From contig OZ024749.1 in the NCBI GenBank assembly GCA_964016885.1, positions 40,176,001 through 40,240,000 of the forward strand: a stretch of 64,000 bases of DNA, written 5' to 3'. Positions 30,831-46,266 of the stretch are shown here, one piece after another. Each line of letters opens with the position of its first letter. Position 1 is the stretch's first letter. Source of the DNA: Eledone cirrhosa (Eukaryota). The notes beneath the pieces were generated by a model that saw only the letters and a list, made by a program, of their open reading frames with translations, had not been told where the DNA came from and did not search any database. A program made the translations under genes and the position numbers.

Positions 30831-31068
30831 TTTCCTTGTACTTGCTTGTGTTAGTTGTGGTAGTGTTTTTTATCCATATTTCAGCTGTTAATCTCTATGG
30901 TGCAGTCAAGAGAACATAACATGGCGTCGATATAACCCATACAGTTCACACAGTTCTTATAGTAATAACAACTCTATTTTCTCTTCCCCCACCATCTCTA
31001 TATTCCTCTATATCTTTCTTTCTCTTTCTCTCTGTCTCTACCCCTATATTTCTATATCCCCTCTCTCT

Positions 31069-31111
<43 letters not shown>

Positions 31112-31118
<7 letters not shown>

Positions 31119-31219
31119 ATACTTTGGGAGGGTCATGTTGCCAATAAGAAACACACGCACCAGTTGCTTTCACTTCAATTTATTATTGGCAACATGACCC
31201 TCCCAAAGTATAACAATAT
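31112..31219. repeat. ~40-bp inverted repeat element next to (TA)n; one arm recurs at 34688-34722
   Basis: tattgttatactttgggagggtcatgttgccaataa / ttattggcaacatgaccctcccaaagtataacaata. Confidence 0.75.
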
Positions 31220-31431
31220 CGGTTTCAACACACGTTTTCAGATAAAGAATCTTGCTAAACAAATTCAGAAACGAAATATATATATATATATATTAGGTAT
31301 AGGATTATCCAGCATTGGATATTTGAGTTCTGCACGTAGCATAACTAGGCTGTAGTACCACCGTGGAAACACTTGTAAGCACACGAAATAAATTACCTTT
31401 TTATGGTGTCTACCTGTTATTATTCATTCTT

Positions 31432-31605
<174 letters not shown>

Positions 31606-31717
31606 GTATATATATATTTTATATGTGTGTGTATGTAAAAAAAACTCGGTTGGGTGGTTCTCGAGTTTTAGGGAGACAGACAGACAGACATTCTCTGTTT
31701 TAGATATATAGATAGAT

Positions 31718-31794
31718 GTTTCAATGTATAGTGGCCATCCATACCGCGATATATACGAGGTATCTGTCCGTCGCTCTACATATCTTCAGGAATC
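31718..31794 (-). ncRNA. Truncated hammerhead ribozyme (long stem II; 3' part replaced by a HINE-like insert at 31640-31716)
   Basis: Reverse complement: gattc CTGAAGA tatgta...tacatt GAAAC, then unrelated sequence. Confidence 0.5.
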
Positions 31795-32005
31795 TATATA
31801 TTGTTATAAGTTTCAACAGTAATACATACAGGAGATAACTTCATACCATATCAATTAACTGCTATTGTATGAAGTTATCTTTTGGCTACTTTTTTCCGTC
31901 TCTAGAGGCATTTTATCTGATTTACTAAGCTATTCTTTATAGCGATCGCCAGTGTTACAGATGTCTTTTGTGTTTATATATATATATATATACATATATA
32001 CATAG

Positions 32006-32039
<34 letters not shown>

Positions 32040-32164
32040 TCTGCGGTGCTGAGATCGGGGAGGTCATGGGAGTAGCACTCAATACATGGAGAGATACAGA
32101 GTGGGTATAGGGATATGTAAAACCCCAACCGCAGCACCAAGCGGTGTGTATGCGTATGTGTGTG

Positions 32165-32209
<45 letters not shown>

Positions 32210-32391
32210 GTCGATCGACTTTCGTCAAATCGGACCGAGGAAACAATGTTTCCGTTGGTCTTTCCAATTGCTAATGCTGTCTATCGGTCGCAACTCCAGG
32301 TAGAAGGAGCAACGTGAAATAAAGTGTCTTGCTCAAGGTCATAACGCATCGCCTGGTCCAGGAATCGAACTGACAACCTCATGATTGCAAA

Positions 32392-32698
32392 GTCTGCCAA
32401 GAGTATTGCAATCGCTCGTCAGATTCCGATGTGTAACACTGGGAAATGGCTTTTCAAGCCTGCCAGAGACTTGCACTCCTTCGCACACTGACGACAACTA
32501 TGGATCTCCCTGGCCTCAGGTCTTGCATCAGGTTGCCTGTGAACCCTCACAATACCGTAGAGATCATAGTTCACTGGTTCACTTTGAACATGGCTGCGAC
32601 TGCGGCTCCGGGAGCAGATTTGCTCAAGCAAATTTTTCCACACTCAGGGCACTTCAATTCAATGGAGACACCGATCGTTTCGAGAGAATGACCATGGC
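32392..32698 (-). pseudogene. 3' end of an RTE-type LINE with C2H2 zinc-finger repeats
   Basis: LKCPECGKICLSK and CRQCAKECKSLAGLKSH in adjacent frames, with frameshifts and stops. Confidence 0.6.
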
Positions 32699-32726
32699 AT
32701 ACATACATACATACATACATACGTAC

Positions 32727-32757
<31 letters not shown>

Positions 32758-32843
32758 GGTACGTACATACATACATACATAGATACATACATACATACAT
32801 ACAAACACACATACATACATACATATGTACGTACATATATACA

Positions 32844-32874
<31 letters not shown>

Positions 32875-33103
32875 GTACGTACGTACGTACATACATACAT
32901 ATATACATACATACATACGTACGTACGTACGTACATACATACATATATACATACATACATACATACATACATACATACATACGTACGTACATACATACAT
33001 ACATACATACATACATACATACATACATACATACATACATACATACATACATACATACATACATTCATACATACATACATACATACATACATACATACAT
33101 ACA

Positions 33104-33134
<31 letters not shown>

Positions 33135-33145
33135 GTACGTACATA

Positions 33146-33472
33146 CAGGAGAAGAAGGACATCTACGGACCATTGATGAGGAGTTTACAAATCCAGTATC
33201 CAAGATGCACCTTTAGCTTCATACCCATCATTATTGGAGCTACGGGTTATATACTAACCCGCTTGGACCAAAGTATGAGTGAACTTGGATTTGCGGACAA
33301 AAAGCGCAGCTCCCTAATTCATAGTCTACAAATGGCTGCGATAGCTGGCACCTTCAAAATTTGCAGAACATTCTTGCGATTCAAGGGATGACAATTTCTT
33401 TTCTTTTACAACCTTGCCACCAGGAAGGTGGCCAGTCAAAAAAATATACTCGAAATTAAGAGAAAGAGATAA
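33146..33472 (+). mobile_element. 5'-truncated R4/Dong-like non-LTR element (REL C-terminus plus 3'UTR) inside (CATA)n
   Basis: EKKDIYGPL...FIPIIIGATG...[16 protein letters not shown] then 3'UTR; second shorter copy at 40134-40265, also between (CATA)n. Confidence 0.8.
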
Positions 33473-33662
33473 CATTCATACGTACGTACATATATACATA
33501 CATACATACATACATACATACATACATACGTACATACATACATACATACATACGTACATACATACATACATACATACATACATACATACATACATACATA
33601 CATACATACATACATACATACGTACGTACGTACATACATACATACATACATACATACATACA

Positions 33663-33693
<31 letters not shown>

Positions 33694-34166
33694 GTACGTA
33701 CATACATACATACATACATACATACATACATACATACGTACATACATACATACATACATACATACATACATACATACATACATACATACATACATACATA
33801 CATACGTACGTACGTACGTACATACATACATACATACATACATACATACATACATACATACATACATACGTACGTACGTACGTACATACATACATACATA
33901 CATACATACATACATACATACATACATACATACATACATACATACATACATACATACATACATTCATACGCACGTACGTACATACATACATACAGACATA
34001 CATACGTACGTACGTACATACATTCATACGTACGTACATATATACATACATAAATACATACATACATACATACATACATACATACATACATACATACATA
34101 CATACATACATACATACATACATACATACATACATACATACATACATACATACATACATACGTACA
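33473..34166. repeat. Long (CATA)n microsatellite (also 32697-33146)
   Basis: Direct reading. Confidence 0.95.
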
Positions 34167-34268
34167 TTATAACATTGTAGAAGCCACTTATAATAATGTC
34201 ATTTTATCCATCGGTTATTGTTATCTATAATTCTACTCCCAAAAGTGACCATTATAAACGGCTTCCGT

Positions 34269-34337
<69 letters not shown>

Positions 34338-34359
34338 AGTAACATTCCATGAATTACGC

Positions 34360-34413
34360 GGTCATTACTCGTTTCCTGAGCACGCAAGCATGTGTCTATT
34401 CTTCAGATTTTCC
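34360..34413 (-). ncRNA. Degenerate hammerhead ribozyme
   Basis: Reverse complement: aaat CTGAAGA atagacacatgc-tt-gcgtgctcag GAAACGAGTA atga; stem I weak. Confidence 0.5.
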
Positions 34414-34487
34414 TGGAAAGTGTAAGTCATCGCTCGTTTAAACTACGTACACACACATACATATATATATAAGTATATGTGTAGTGT

Positions 34488-34581
<94 letters not shown>

Positions 34582-34609
34582 TATATATATATATATATAT
34601 ATATATGTT

Positions 34610-34640
<31 letters not shown>

Positions 34641-34652
34641 GTATATATATAT

Positions 34653-34694
<42 letters not shown>

Positions 34695-34726
34695 ATACTT
34701 TGGGAGGGTCATGTTGCCAATATAGA

Positions 34727-34808
<82 letters not shown>

Positions 34809-34926
34809 AATCAGGAAAGAAGGTTTACATGGTTTGCTATACATGGTCCACCTAAGTGGACTGCATTTAACTATTATTTGTTAATCCGTATATATATATG
34901 TATATATATATGTATATATATATGTT

Positions 34927-35191
<265 letters not shown>

Positions 35192-35209
35192 GTATGTATA
35201 TATATATAT

Positions 35210-35412
35210 AACGAAGGAAATGTTGGTAAGGAACCAGATGGACCATAACGCACCAAAGTACTCAATACTTAGGGTAGTAGAGTGGGTAATAAGAACAAGT
35301 ATGACCCCGACGGCAGAGCTCAAGCCGTTTCGACGGCTAATTCTGGACAGAATTAGTCCAGAATTAGCTGTCGAAACGGCTTGAGCTCAGCCGTCGGGGT
35401 CTTACTTGTTCC
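35210..35412. mobile_element. Fold-back half-HHR element, family F
   Basis: Inverted arms around ~35352; GAAACGGCT-tgagctc-AGCCGTC-ggggtc; TA flanks. Confidence 0.85.
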
Positions 35413-35570
35413 TATATATATATATATATATATATACATGGAAAGTTATATTTAAATTGTTGGGTTACAACTAGTAAATATTTATAACTGATATAAAAGC
35501 ACTCGACAAGTATTTGGAGTATATTTACAATATTAAACAAATGGAAACTATATTTATAAAACCATATTTA

Positions 35571-35632
35571 TTTCATTATATATATTTCAGGGATATCATA
35601 TTAACAATATGCTATGCCTTCCTCAGACAAAA
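35571..35632 (-). ncRNA. Type I minimal hammerhead ribozyme
   Basis: Reverse complement: ttttgt CTGAGGA aggcatagcatatt-gtt-aatatgatatccct GAAA TATATATA atgaaa; downstream flank nearly identical to that of the 26556 copy. Confidence 0.78.
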
Positions 35633-36483
35633 TACAATATAAACAGTTTTATAGATAAATAGATTTGACATACCGTAACAACATCGACTTGTATTTGAAA
35701 AGTTGAATTGGCAGTGAAAAAATTGTACACAGAGAGAAAGAAAGAGAGAAAAAAGATAGATATATATATTCATGTATATACGTGTATATATATTCATGTA
35801 TATACGTGTATATATTTATGTGTGTATATATAGTCTTGTATATACGTGTATATATTTATATATGTGTGTGTGATAAAATTCTGTGGATGTGTGAATATAA
35901 TTCGAACAAGGTCAATCCTACTCCCTCTCTCTCCCACCACCCTCTTTCTCACCCACTCTCTCTCTCTCTCTCTCTCTCCTTCAACCTCTCTATCTCACCC
36001 CCTCCCTCTCTCTCTCTCTCTCTCAACCTCACTATCTCACCCCCTCCCTTTCTCTCTCACCCCACTCCCACCCCCTCTCTCTCACTCTCTCTCTCTCTCT
36101 TTCAATCTCTCTATCTCCCCCTCCCCCCCCCCCACTCTCTCTCTCGCTATCACCCCCCCACTCTCTCTCTAATTTCTCTCTCTTTCTCTATTTACCATTA
36201 AAGTAGAGATCGAAGGTTATTGGTAATTTGATTCTGGTTCATTCTCTTATCGGCTTTTAGAGATCGATTCTCAATAATGATTCTTGTAATTATGAAATAT
36301 CAGAGAGAGAATCTAGTAATTAGCTTGTGTGATTGATCAGTTGTAGGATTTCATTTAGAAACAATTATCGATTTATCTGGAACAATCATGGAATGTTTCT
36401 ATTGGTAAATCTCTAACTTTAACCATGAAACGTCCTTTAATGATTTAGCAGAAAATATCTAAAAATGGTTTTGTTAATTCAAA

Positions 36484-37120
36484 TGTTTATAGTATCTTTA
36501 CTGGGGGACAGATGTTTAAGGTGTTTCTCTGAGCAAGTAATAAATCTATGTAATAAATTTCTTAATACAGGTAAAATTTCGTTATAACGAATACCAAATT
36601 CTTAATACAGGTAAAATTTCGTTATAACGAATACCAAATTCTTAATACAGGTAAAATTTCGTTATAACGAATACCAAATTCTTAATACAGGTAAAATTTC
36701 GTTTTAACGAATTTTTCAGTATAAAGAATGTTCCGTTGCAACGTTTTATAGTATCTTTATTAGGGGCCAGATTTTTGAGACGTTTCTCTAAGCAAGTAAT
36801 AAATCTATGTAATAAATTTCTTAATGCAGATAAAATTTCGTTATAACGAATACCATTATAACGAATTTTTCACTATAACGAAATTTATTTTCAATCCTCG
36901 GCCACACGCTCGATGTGTTAGGTCGATCTCGTTATAAAGAATTTTTCGTTACAACGTTTTATAGTATCTTTATTAGGGGACAGATATTTGAGGCGTTTCT
37001 CTGTGCAAGTACTAAATGTATGTAATACATTTTTTAATGCAGGTAAAATTCCGTTATAACGAATACCATTATAACAAATTTTTCTGTATAACGTAATTTA
37101 TTTTCAATCCCCGGCCACAC
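36484..37120. repeat. Tandemly amplified MITE-like end: ~39-bp unit x4 inside larger diverged units of roughly 210-260 bp
   Basis: caggtaaaatttcgttataacgaatacc repeated; tttatagtatcttta.t.gggg at ~36486, 36745, 36957. Confidence 0.7.
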
Positions 37121-37180
37121 TCTGTGTGAGTGCACATGCGACTGCATGTGTGTGACTGTGTGTGAGAGACTGTGTGTGTC

Positions 37181-37243
<63 letters not shown>

Positions 37244-37659
37244 GTTAGTGTGTGTGTCTGTGTGTCTGTGTGTCTGTGTATGGCTGTGTGTGTAACTCTG
37301 TGTGTTTGTGCCTGTGTGTGTGTGTGTGTGTCTGTGTATGGCTGTGTATGTGTGTGTAACTCTGTGTGTTTGTGCCTGTGTGTGTGTGTGTGTGTGTCTG
37401 TGTATGGCTGTGTATGTGTGTGTAACTCTGTGTGTTTGTGCCTGTGTGTGTGTGTGTGTATGTGTGTGTACTATATAAAGTCTATTAAACCGGAATGTCC
37501 TAACAAACTCCGCTCCTCTGTCAACCTGATTAGTCAGCTTGATAAACCAATGCCCTATGAGCACTAGCAACAATTCCATTACGATTGTCTCACAAATTGC
37601 AGGAGATATTTTAGACATTTCAACTGTGTATATCCGTGAGTTTGGTACGAACTGTGAGG

Positions 37660-38645
37660 TGGGAGTGTGTGTTGGTGTGTGTGTGTGGTGTGGAGTAGCG
37701 TGGTGTGTGTGTTTGGTATGTGTTGTGTTGTGTGTGGTGTGTGTGGTGTGTGTGGTGTGGAGTAACGTGGTGTGTTGTGGTATGTGTTGTGTTGTGTGTG
37801 GTGTGTGTGGTGTGTGTGGTGTGTGTGGTGTGTGTGGTGTGGAGTAGCGTGGTGTGTGTTGTGGGATGTGTTGTGTTGTGTGTGGTGTGTGTGGTGTGTG
37901 TGGTGTGGAGTAGCGTGGTGTGTTGTGGTATGTGTTGTGTTGTGTGTGGTGTGTGTGGTGTGTGTGGTGTGTGTGGTGTGGTGTGTGTTTTGGTATGTGT
38001 TGTGTTGTGTGTGGTGTGTGTGGTGTGTGTGGTGTGGAGTAGCGTGGTGTGTGTTGTGTTGTGTGTGGTGTGTGTGGTGTGGAGTAGCGTGGTGTGTGTT
38101 GTGGGATGTATAGTGTTGTGTTGTGTGTGGTGTGTGTGGTGTGGAGTAGCGTGGTCTGTGTTATGGTATGTGTAGTGTTGTGTTGTGTGGTGTGTGTGTG
38201 GTGTGGAGTAGCGTGGTGTAAGTAGTGGTGTGTGTGTTGTGGTGTGTGTAGTGTAGTGTTGTGTGTGGTGTGTGTGTGTGTGGTGTGGCGTAGCGTGGTG
38301 TAAGTAGTGGTGTGTGTGTTGTGGTGTGTGTAGTGTAGTGTTGTGTTGTGTGGTGTGTGTGTGGTGTGGAGTAGCGTGGTGTAAGTAGTGGTGTGTGTTG
38401 TGGTGTGTGTAGTGTAGTGCTGTGTGTTGTAGTGTGTGTGTGGTGTGGAGTAGCGTGGTGTGAGTAGTGGTGTGTGTTGTGGTGTGTGTAGTGTAGTGCT
38501 GTGTGTGGTGTGTGTGTGGTGTGGAGTAGCGTGGTGTAAGTAGTGGTGTGTGTTGTGGTGTGTGTAGTGTAGTGCTGTGTGTTGTAGTGTGTGTGTGGTG
38601 TGGAGTAGCGTGGTGTGAGTAGTGGTGTGTGTTGTGGTGTGTGGG
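37660..38645. repeat. GT-rich complex minisatellite
   Basis: Recurring gtggtgtggagtagcgtggtgt core. Confidence 0.9.
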
Positions 38646-39259
38646 GTGTGCTGCTCACGGGATTGATTGTGTAGGAGTGAATGAGTGAGAGAATGCGTGG
38701 GTGGATGAGTGAGTGAGTGAGTAGGTGAGTGAGAAAATGAGTAGGTGGTTGAGTGAGTGAGTGAGTGAGTGAGTGAGTGAGTGAGAGAGTGAATGAGTGA
38801 GTGAGTGATAAAATCAGTGAGTAGCTGAGTGAGTGAGAGGATGAGTAGGTGAGTGAGTGAGTTAGGTGAGTGAGTGAGTGAGAGAATGAGTAGGTGAGTG
38901 AGTGAACTAATGAGGATATAGAGCGGGGGTGTGCGAAAGTGACTGAGTGTAAGTGCATAAGTGTGAGTGTCAGTGAGGAAAAGAGCGTGTGTGTGTAGGC
39001 ACGTATCACTTGGAGAGCGGAAGAGGTGAGGAGACGCTGCACAATAACAATAGTGGAGATGATTGTTGGTCTTGGTAGACTGGAGGAATACTTGGTTTAC
39101 TATCTTACGTGATGGGGAGAGGGAGGGGGGAGGGAGGGAGGGAGGGAGGGACGAAGGATGCTGAAATAGCAGACCTAGAGTAGTTATATATACACATATA
39201 TATATATACATATATATACATATTTATATATATATATATACTTATATACATACGCACAT

Positions 39260-39340
<81 letters not shown>

Positions 39341-39379
39341 TACACATATTTATATATATACTTATATACATACGCACAT

Positions 39380-39422
<43 letters not shown>

Positions 39423-39461
39423 TACACATATTTATATATATACTTATATACATACACACAT

Positions 39462-39518
<57 letters not shown>

Positions 39519-40133
39519 TACACATATTTATATATATATACTTATATACATACGCACATACACACATATATATATATATACATATATACACATATTTATA
39601 TATATACTTATATACATACGCACATACACACACATATATATATACATATATACACATATTTATATATGTATACTTATATACATACGCACATACACACATA
39701 CACATATATATATACACATATACATATTTATATACATACGCGCATATACACATACTTATACACATACTTATACACATACTTATACACATACTTATACACA
39801 TACTTATATACATACGTATATATATATATATATGCACATACATACATATATATATATATATATATTTATATACATACTTATCACATACGCTCATACCAGC
39901 AAACACACATATATACACATACTTATATACATAATTATATACATACGCGCATACACATATACACACATACATACAGGCATACATACATAAATACATACAT
40001 ACATACATACATATATACACAAACTTATATACATAATTACATACATACACACATGCATACATACATACATACATACATACATACATACATACATACATAC
40101 ATACATACATACATACATACATACATACATACA

Positions 40134-40265
40134 TAGCTGGCACCTTCAAAATTTGCAAAACATTCTTGCGATTCAAGGGATGACAATTTCTTTTCTTTTA
40201 CAACCTTGCCACCAGGAAGGTGGCCAGTCAAAAAAAATATACTCGAAATTAAGAGAAAGAGATAA
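40134..40265 (+). mobile_element. Short 3' copy of the R4/Dong-like element in (CATA)n
   Basis: Near-identical to 33343-33472. Confidence 0.85.
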
Positions 40266-40291
40266 CATACATACATACATACATACATACA

Positions 40292-40322
<31 letters not shown>

Positions 40323-40558
40323 CTATACATATCCATACACATACATGCACACACAGATACATACACATACACATGCACACATATATACACAAAATTACAC
40401 ACACATACACACATGCGCATGCACATATATACACCCACATACATACACAGAGAATCTACAATGGCCTCTTCAGTTCTTTAGAGAGCCGCTACTAAACGAC
40501 CGGTTCATTAATGGCGAAAATACAAACTTACCTCTGTTCGTGTGGGTATATATATCTG

Positions 40559-40634
<76 letters not shown>

Positions 40635-40704
40635 TATGTATATATGTGTGTCTATATATATATATACGTAAACATATACACACATATACATATATATATA
40701 TATA

Positions 40705-40888
40705 GGAAGAAGTAAGACCCCGACGGCTGAGCTCAAGCCGTTTCGACGGCTAATTCAGAATTAGCCGTCGAAACGGCTTGAGCTCAGCCGTCGGGGTCTT
40801 ACTTGTTCCTATTACCCACTCTACTACCCTAAGTATTGAGTACTTTGGTGCGTTATGGTCCACCTGGTTCCTTACCACATTTCCTTCG

Positions 40889-40890
<2 letters not shown>
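40705..40890. mobile_element. Fold-back half-HHR element, family F
   Basis: Turn at aattcagaatt; long arm on plus. Confidence 0.85.
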
Positions 40891-40929
<39 letters not shown>

Positions 40930-41279
40930 ACATACATATACATGAACACGCACACTCGTCCACCATGTTGTTAGGTTTAAGTGGCACGTTGTGTTCTTGA
41001 GCAAGGCACTTTATTTCACCTTACACCAGTCCATTCAACTGGACAAACATGACATTTATCTACAATTTGAAAAAAATACCAGCCTTGCCACAAACTGTTA
41101 CGGTGAATTCTCGGTAAATTACGTACAGACTTCACGTGTGTGAGAAATGTTCACCTACAAGCCCGTTATTTTTACGAGCAGGCTGTTTTGTTAGTCAAAC
41201 AACTGGAACAATCGTCGTCCGAATCGACGGAGGTCAACCTCCCATCTGTTACAACAATGGAGCTAAAAGCAAGATAGGC

Positions 41280-41530
41280 ACTACCCCCCTGGAGCAGATA
41301 CAAACTATGCAGTGTGGAAATGCCTAAACAGATCTTGTGTTGGGCGTGCAAAAGTCACTCTAGTAAAATTGGGATAGTTAAATGATGTGTGTGAGTGCGG
41401 CATCGAACTACAGATTACGTAGCCCCTCCTGATATGCCCCCTGCTGGAAAACCCCTGCACAGCATTGCACTTGGCAGAGTTTAATGAGAAAGGACAGCAA
41501 TATGTTCAGCTGTGGCGGGACCACATCTCG
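41280..41530 (+). pseudogene. 3' fossil of a Vingi/Ingi-like LINE
   Basis: WKCLNRSCVGRAK..LVKLG*..VCECG..Q..*PLLICP..PCT..LAE..QLW resembles W..LNRLR.G.GR...KWG...C.CG..QT..H...CP. Confidence 0.65.
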
Positions 41531-41633
41531 TCAAGCTTTGTAGCTGACACTATGTCTTTTATACGAGTTTCTGTATTGTATGATGCAAATATATTTACGT
41601 CAGCTGACTACTGTACATTCTAACATGTAACTG

Positions 41634-42040
41634 TTTTAAATAATTGTTTCTACTTTTAGCACAAGGCCAGCAATTTCCCAGTGTATTACTGGTACTTTAT
41701 TTTATCGACCCCGTAAGGATGAAAGGCAAAGTTAACCTCGGCGGGATTTGAACTCAGAATGGCAAGGGCCGTAACTCTATGCGTCAAAGCATGGCGTCCG
41801 ACCCTCTACCGATACTGCCAATCCACCGCCCTTTTAAATAATTGTTTCTACTTTAGGCACAAGGCCAGCAATTACCCAGTGAATTACTGGTACTTTATTT
41901 TATCGACCCCGTAAGGATGAAAGGCAAAGTTAACCTCGGCGGGATTTGAACTCAGAATGGCAAGGGCCGTAACTCTATGCGTCAAAGCATGGCGTCCGAC
42001 CCTCTACCGATACTGCCAATCCACCGCCCTTTTAAATAAT
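41634..42040 (-). mobile_element. Head-to-tail duplicated full-length SINE A (2 x ~198 bp)
   Basis: Two near-identical copies, each bounded by ttttaaataat-like sequence. Confidence 0.9.
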
Positions 42041-42704
42041 ACCTTTTGTTTATTATCCATCAACATATTAAGGGGAAAAAGTATAAAAAGGGACAACTTT
42101 TGATATGGATGATAAACACAACCACAAGGATATGGTCCGAACGTGGAAGGGCCGAACTCCCACTGTCATCGCCTCCATCTCTCTCACCCTCCCCATCTCT
42201 CTGTATGATGAGCAAATTGGGTCCCACGTGCTGGCCTCCCCACAGCCCCGGCGAACAGAATGGAGAAGGTGTTTCCCCGGGGGATGGTAAAGGATTATTT
42301 GACAAGAAGACAAGAAGAAGAACGACATATTGTGATCTTTAAATAATTTTCTAGCAACTCCGCGCTTCCATAGTATTTTCTCTCTATAATTTGCGTGTCT
42401 CGCTTGATATTATAGAACATTTATAATGGATAGTTCTTTTGTAGCTTCAGAGGAAAATAATATATATGGGAAACAAATTAGAAGACGCTGAACAGGAAAT
42501 TACGGAAACGTGTACGACAGTTATCGCTTTAATATTACATTGTAATATTGTAAGTGAACAAATAAACACTCATATGTATCATGTGGAGACGTATATGTAT
42601 GTATATAGGTATAGTTATGTATGCATAGTTATATATATATATATAGTTATATGTGTATAGTTATAGTTATATATATATAATATATATATATATATAATAT
42701 ATAT

Positions 42705-42746
<42 letters not shown>

Positions 42747-43527
42747 TATATATATATATATATAAATGAATGTATGTAAGTATATGCGTGCTTAGACAAA
42801 TATATATATATATACTATTGTTGCTATTTTTTTGTGTAATTTTTATGGAGAATATATTTTCCTCGAGATTTGCAGTGTGAAATCGCAACTGTGTTCCCGT
42901 TTTATCTTTTCATCAATTTGCTGATGTTGTTGTTGTTGTTGTTCTTGTTGTTCTTGTTCTTGCTGTTATTGTTTTGTTGTTTTGTTTTTTCATATTTCTC
43001 ATAAATTCCACAGTAGCCATTTAACACCACATTTTTTTTTTTTTCCTTTGCTACATTCTCCCTAATAATTTTCATTACTTACCAATAGAATCCTGCGACA
43101 TTGCGTTTATTAATTCATAAACCGCTAGAATATGGTTATCCGCAAGAATGAGTCCCATGAGATGGACTAGCTCTTTCAGCACATTTCCCTCGCCGACATT
43201 CGCGGTCTAATGCATTCGCCATTTTATCTGTCGGGACCATGGAACATTTATATGACAAGCTGTGATTTCTTTGTGTTCGTTAAATGTCTCTGATACACAT
43301 TTTATTATGGAAAATAAAAATATATATAATCAAAGAAATAAAGAAGTTATACGATTATATAAGTGTGTGTGTAAGGGTGTATGTGTGTAAGTGTGTGTAA
43401 GTGAGTGTAAGTGTGTGTGAGTGTAGATAGAGATATAGGCAGACACTCAAACAGACATACATACATATGTATATATTCAAACATATATATATATATATTT
43501 ATATATGTGTATGTATATGCCTGTATG

Positions 43528-43568
<41 letters not shown>

Positions 43569-43617
43569 TTGTGTGTGTGTAGACAGACACTCAAACAGAC
43601 ATATAGCTAACTAGCTT

Positions 43618-43742
<125 letters not shown>

Positions 43743-44844
43743 GCAGCCAAACAGACAGACAAATAGACGGACACGTAGACAGATAGATGCCAGACACTAG
43801 AAATTACGGTAGTTGCAGAGATTATTCGAGGTAAATTTACCAACACAAGAAAGAATCAAACGATCACAGCAAACTTCACTGCTAACGAGATTATCCTCGT
43901 AAAAGTCTATTTTCTTTTTGGTTTTATGGCCTGTACGCCGGTTGTTAAATGAAGTGATGTCGTGTTTATTTTAAGTTTACATCTTAGACATAACTAACAT
44001 ATCTTTAATGTAACAAGTTATTTTATAGTCTAACTCTTCGTTTGTTAAATTGATAGGTGCTTTTTGGAACGATGTTATAAAAGAAAATTATTTCAAAATT
44101 TCAAAGAAAGCAGACGATATATTAACGGCTTTAAATATCCGCCATTTTCTAACCTGTACAGAGCAGTCAGTAACTAACATCAATAATATATATAATGATG
44201 TTTTTAGTTGGTACAAACCTACACACTTTTGTGCGAGTTATGTAGTTGATTGACATATTTAATGGCAGTGTTCCAGCATGGCCGCAGCTCATGGGTTGGA
44301 ACAGGTAAAGAAATACAGCTCTATTCAACTAGTGTATCTGTTTTAACTATTCTTCTGCTAGGTGGTCAGTACGCAAAGAGACGTAACTAAATATAGTTAA
44401 ACATTATAACCGTTGCTCTACCAATTCAGGCAGTTAACCCACTTAATAATAATAAATTTGGTTTCTGATTTAGGCACAAGGCTAACAATTTTAGGAGTAG
44501 AAAGCCGATTAAACCGATCCCAGTACGTTACTGGTACTTTATTTTATCGACCCCGTAAGGATGAAAATCAAAGCTAACCTCGGCAGGATTTGAACTCAGG
44601 ACATAAAGAAGCAAAACAAATACCACACGTCATTTTATCCGACGCTCAACTGACTCAACCAATCTACCATTTTTTAAGTAACACTAATAATCTTTATTCA
44701 TATATATATAATTATTATAATGGGGTGTTACATCTGTTAGTACATCTGTATGAACGAAGGTAAAACCAAAGTATTCACTAGACGTAATTTCGAACTACCA
44801 GCGAGATTACTACAATGAGACTCCATACACTCCATACACTGACA

Positions 44845-45148
44845 GTTCAAATCCCGCCGAGGTTAACTTTACCTTTCCTCATTACGGGGTCGATAAAATA
44901 AAGTACCAGTAATGCACTGGGATAATTACTGGCCTAGTGCCAAAAGTAGAAACAATTATTTATAGGCATTTCGCCTAGTCCACTTTTAGTTACGCGGGCG
45001 TGTTCAGGGTTTTTCCTACGACAATAATTGTTTCTACTTTAGGCACAAGGCCAGCAATTACCCAGTGCATTACTGGTACTTTATTTTATCGACCCCCTAA
45101 GGATGAAAGGCAAAGTCAACCTCGGCGAGATTTTCCTACGACAATAAT
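44845..45148. mobile_element. Two oppositely oriented truncated SINE A copies, the second with an 18-bp TSD
   Basis: TSD ttttcctacgacaataat at 45011-45028 and 45131-45148. Confidence 0.85.
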
Positions 45149-45228
45149 GTCACATACTTAGACACCAGTCCATGACCGCCGGTTGTGAAGGTGCGTGGTT
45201 TACTGGCTAGAGGTTCACAATCTCCCTG

Positions 45229-45412
45229 AGAGATTCTGCATCACGAACTTCATTTGCTAGTAACACTAGGTCATCAGCATAGTAAGTATCTGTGATAGTC
45301 AAAGTTGAAAAACGTCCGTTTCTCGTTGGTTGAAGAGTGAATCATTTGTCTTTCTTCTCATCTACAGAGGTGCGTAGAACATAAAATAGACATATAATGG
45401 ACAGGTAGGGCT
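45229..45412 (-). pseudogene. RTEX-like LINE reverse transcriptase fragment
   Basis: PYLSIICLFYVLRTSVD...*FTLQ...ITDTYYADDLVLLAN...AESL, containing the catalytic YADD. Confidence 0.8.
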
Positions 45413-46079
45413 ACACAGAGTTCTTGGATGTAGTGGCTGGCATCTTCTGGGGAGAAACCTTGGCACACGATCCAAGATTTAACTCGTACTTATTTTATTA
45501 ACTCTGAAATTATGAAAAAATAACCCGCTCGGAATGTAAAGGGTCTAGACATAAGTTTACACTTCGGCGTTTAAAACTTTGAAACGAAATTCTTAATGAA
45601 ATACACTTTATTTCAATCATCTAATAGGGAATTTTCTAAAAAAAATGTTATTATTTCGTTACTAGAACAGTAATTTCACATGTGGTTGTCATATAAAATA
45701 ATATTCGAATATTTAAATTCAAATAGGAACCCTTTAAAATGAGTAATTTTGTTTCATAGAACCAGAGCTGATTTTGTCCGGGTTGTTATCAAAGGAGTTT
45801 TAAAAGATAAACGAAAAAATAAGACAATTAACTTAAAATAAATGAACTACCTGAAATAACATAGTGTAACTGAGACTTCAGTGGCCATCTTTTTTTCTAC
45901 TTTCACTTTCTCTTGTGATGTTTATTTTAATTGGAGTATTTATTTGGTATTGGGCTGCGTTTTCTCTTTAAATATAGCAATGAATGAATATATGCATATA
46001 TATATCTTCATATATATATATGTATACATACATATATATATAATGTATATATATAATGTATATATATGTATATATATGT

Positions 46080-46141
<62 letters not shown>

Positions 46142-46207
46142 CATATATATATTATATATTCATATATATATATTATATATTCATATATATATATGTATAT
46201 GTGTACA

Positions 46208-46266
<59 letters not shown>

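Noticed and set aside
31222-31385. HHR-like fragments (CTGAAAA...GAAAC on minus; GAAACACTTGTA on plus)
   Set aside because: Core incomplete and no matching stem I
37034-39211. 725-aa ORF and other long His/Thr/Tyr/Ile/Val/Cys-rich ORFs across the window
   Set aside because: Translations of micro- and minisatellites lacking stops; no domain content
45262-45282. CTGATGA on minus as an HHR core
   Set aside because: It is the YADD codons of an RT fragment; no GAAA or stem III
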